Position numbers and translations under genes: made by a program. Of a stretch of DNA of 64,000 nt, positions 63,576 through 64,000 are shown piece by piece (position 1 is the stretch's first letter; each line of letters opens with the position of its first letter). The notes under the pieces were generated by a model. It was not told where the DNA came from, ran no database searches, and saw nothing but the letters and a program-made list of their open reading frames with translations. Source of the stretch: Eledone cirrhosa (taxonomy: Eukaryota); contig OZ024743.1 of the NCBI GenBank assembly GCA_964016885.1, positions 65,596,001 to 65,660,000 on the forward strand, in the 5' to 3' direction.

Positions 63576-64000
63576 TTATTAATAAAACAGACTTACTGGA
63601 ACACACTCAGATACAGACAAACTTTACTAACTAACTAATCCTGTTTCTAATCCAGAATTAATCTTGTATTTCTTAAAAAAACCCAAAGTTTCTAGTTTTG
63701 AGTTCCATCTTCACCTTTGTTACGGCAATCTCAGAATTGTAAAATCGTTTTACTTTAAACCCCCCACATGTTGATTTAAATGAAATAAAATGTCCTTAGT
63801 ATGTATGTATATATTATTGATTTCTAATTCAAAGCCAATAATAATTTCTCATTGGGTGGCGGAAAGTGGAAAGAAAATCGATAAAAATTGATACTATTGC
63901 TTGACTGGTACTTCATTTTATAGATCCCTGAATGTATGAAAGGCAAAGTTGACTTCGGTGGGATTTGAACTCAGGATGTAAAATCTAAAGTTTAAAGTCT

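Overview
Eukaryotic (metazoan) DNA that is very AT-rich and saturated with microsatellites. The SINE complement looks like an octopus genome (inference). Almost all ORFs in the supplied track are translations of (TA)n, (CA)n, (GA)n or minisatellite repeats. Real coding signal is limited to one probable first coding exon of a minus-strand host gene (4479-4721), a 4.2 kb stop-free Penelope-like ORF with two reverse transcriptase domains plus GIY-YIG (41408-45592), and decayed LINE fragments (CR1/L2-like, RTE, R4-like, CRE-like). The main hidden structure is about 18 type I hammerhead ribozyme (HHR) motifs from roughly 10 sequence families. Most lie in short elements embedded in (TA)n tracts, and many are folded back into palindromes. 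One family forms a 467-bp tandem array with one minimal HHR per unit, the architecture of a non-LTR retrozyme. Three unrelated HHR families share an octamer-containing upstream module. Also present are two non-autonomous Helitrons, a tRNA-like gene with a GGC anticodon, a 2.4 kb inverted duplication and a 6.8 kb minisatellite that splits a SINE. All structures were read by eye and no folding or database search was run.
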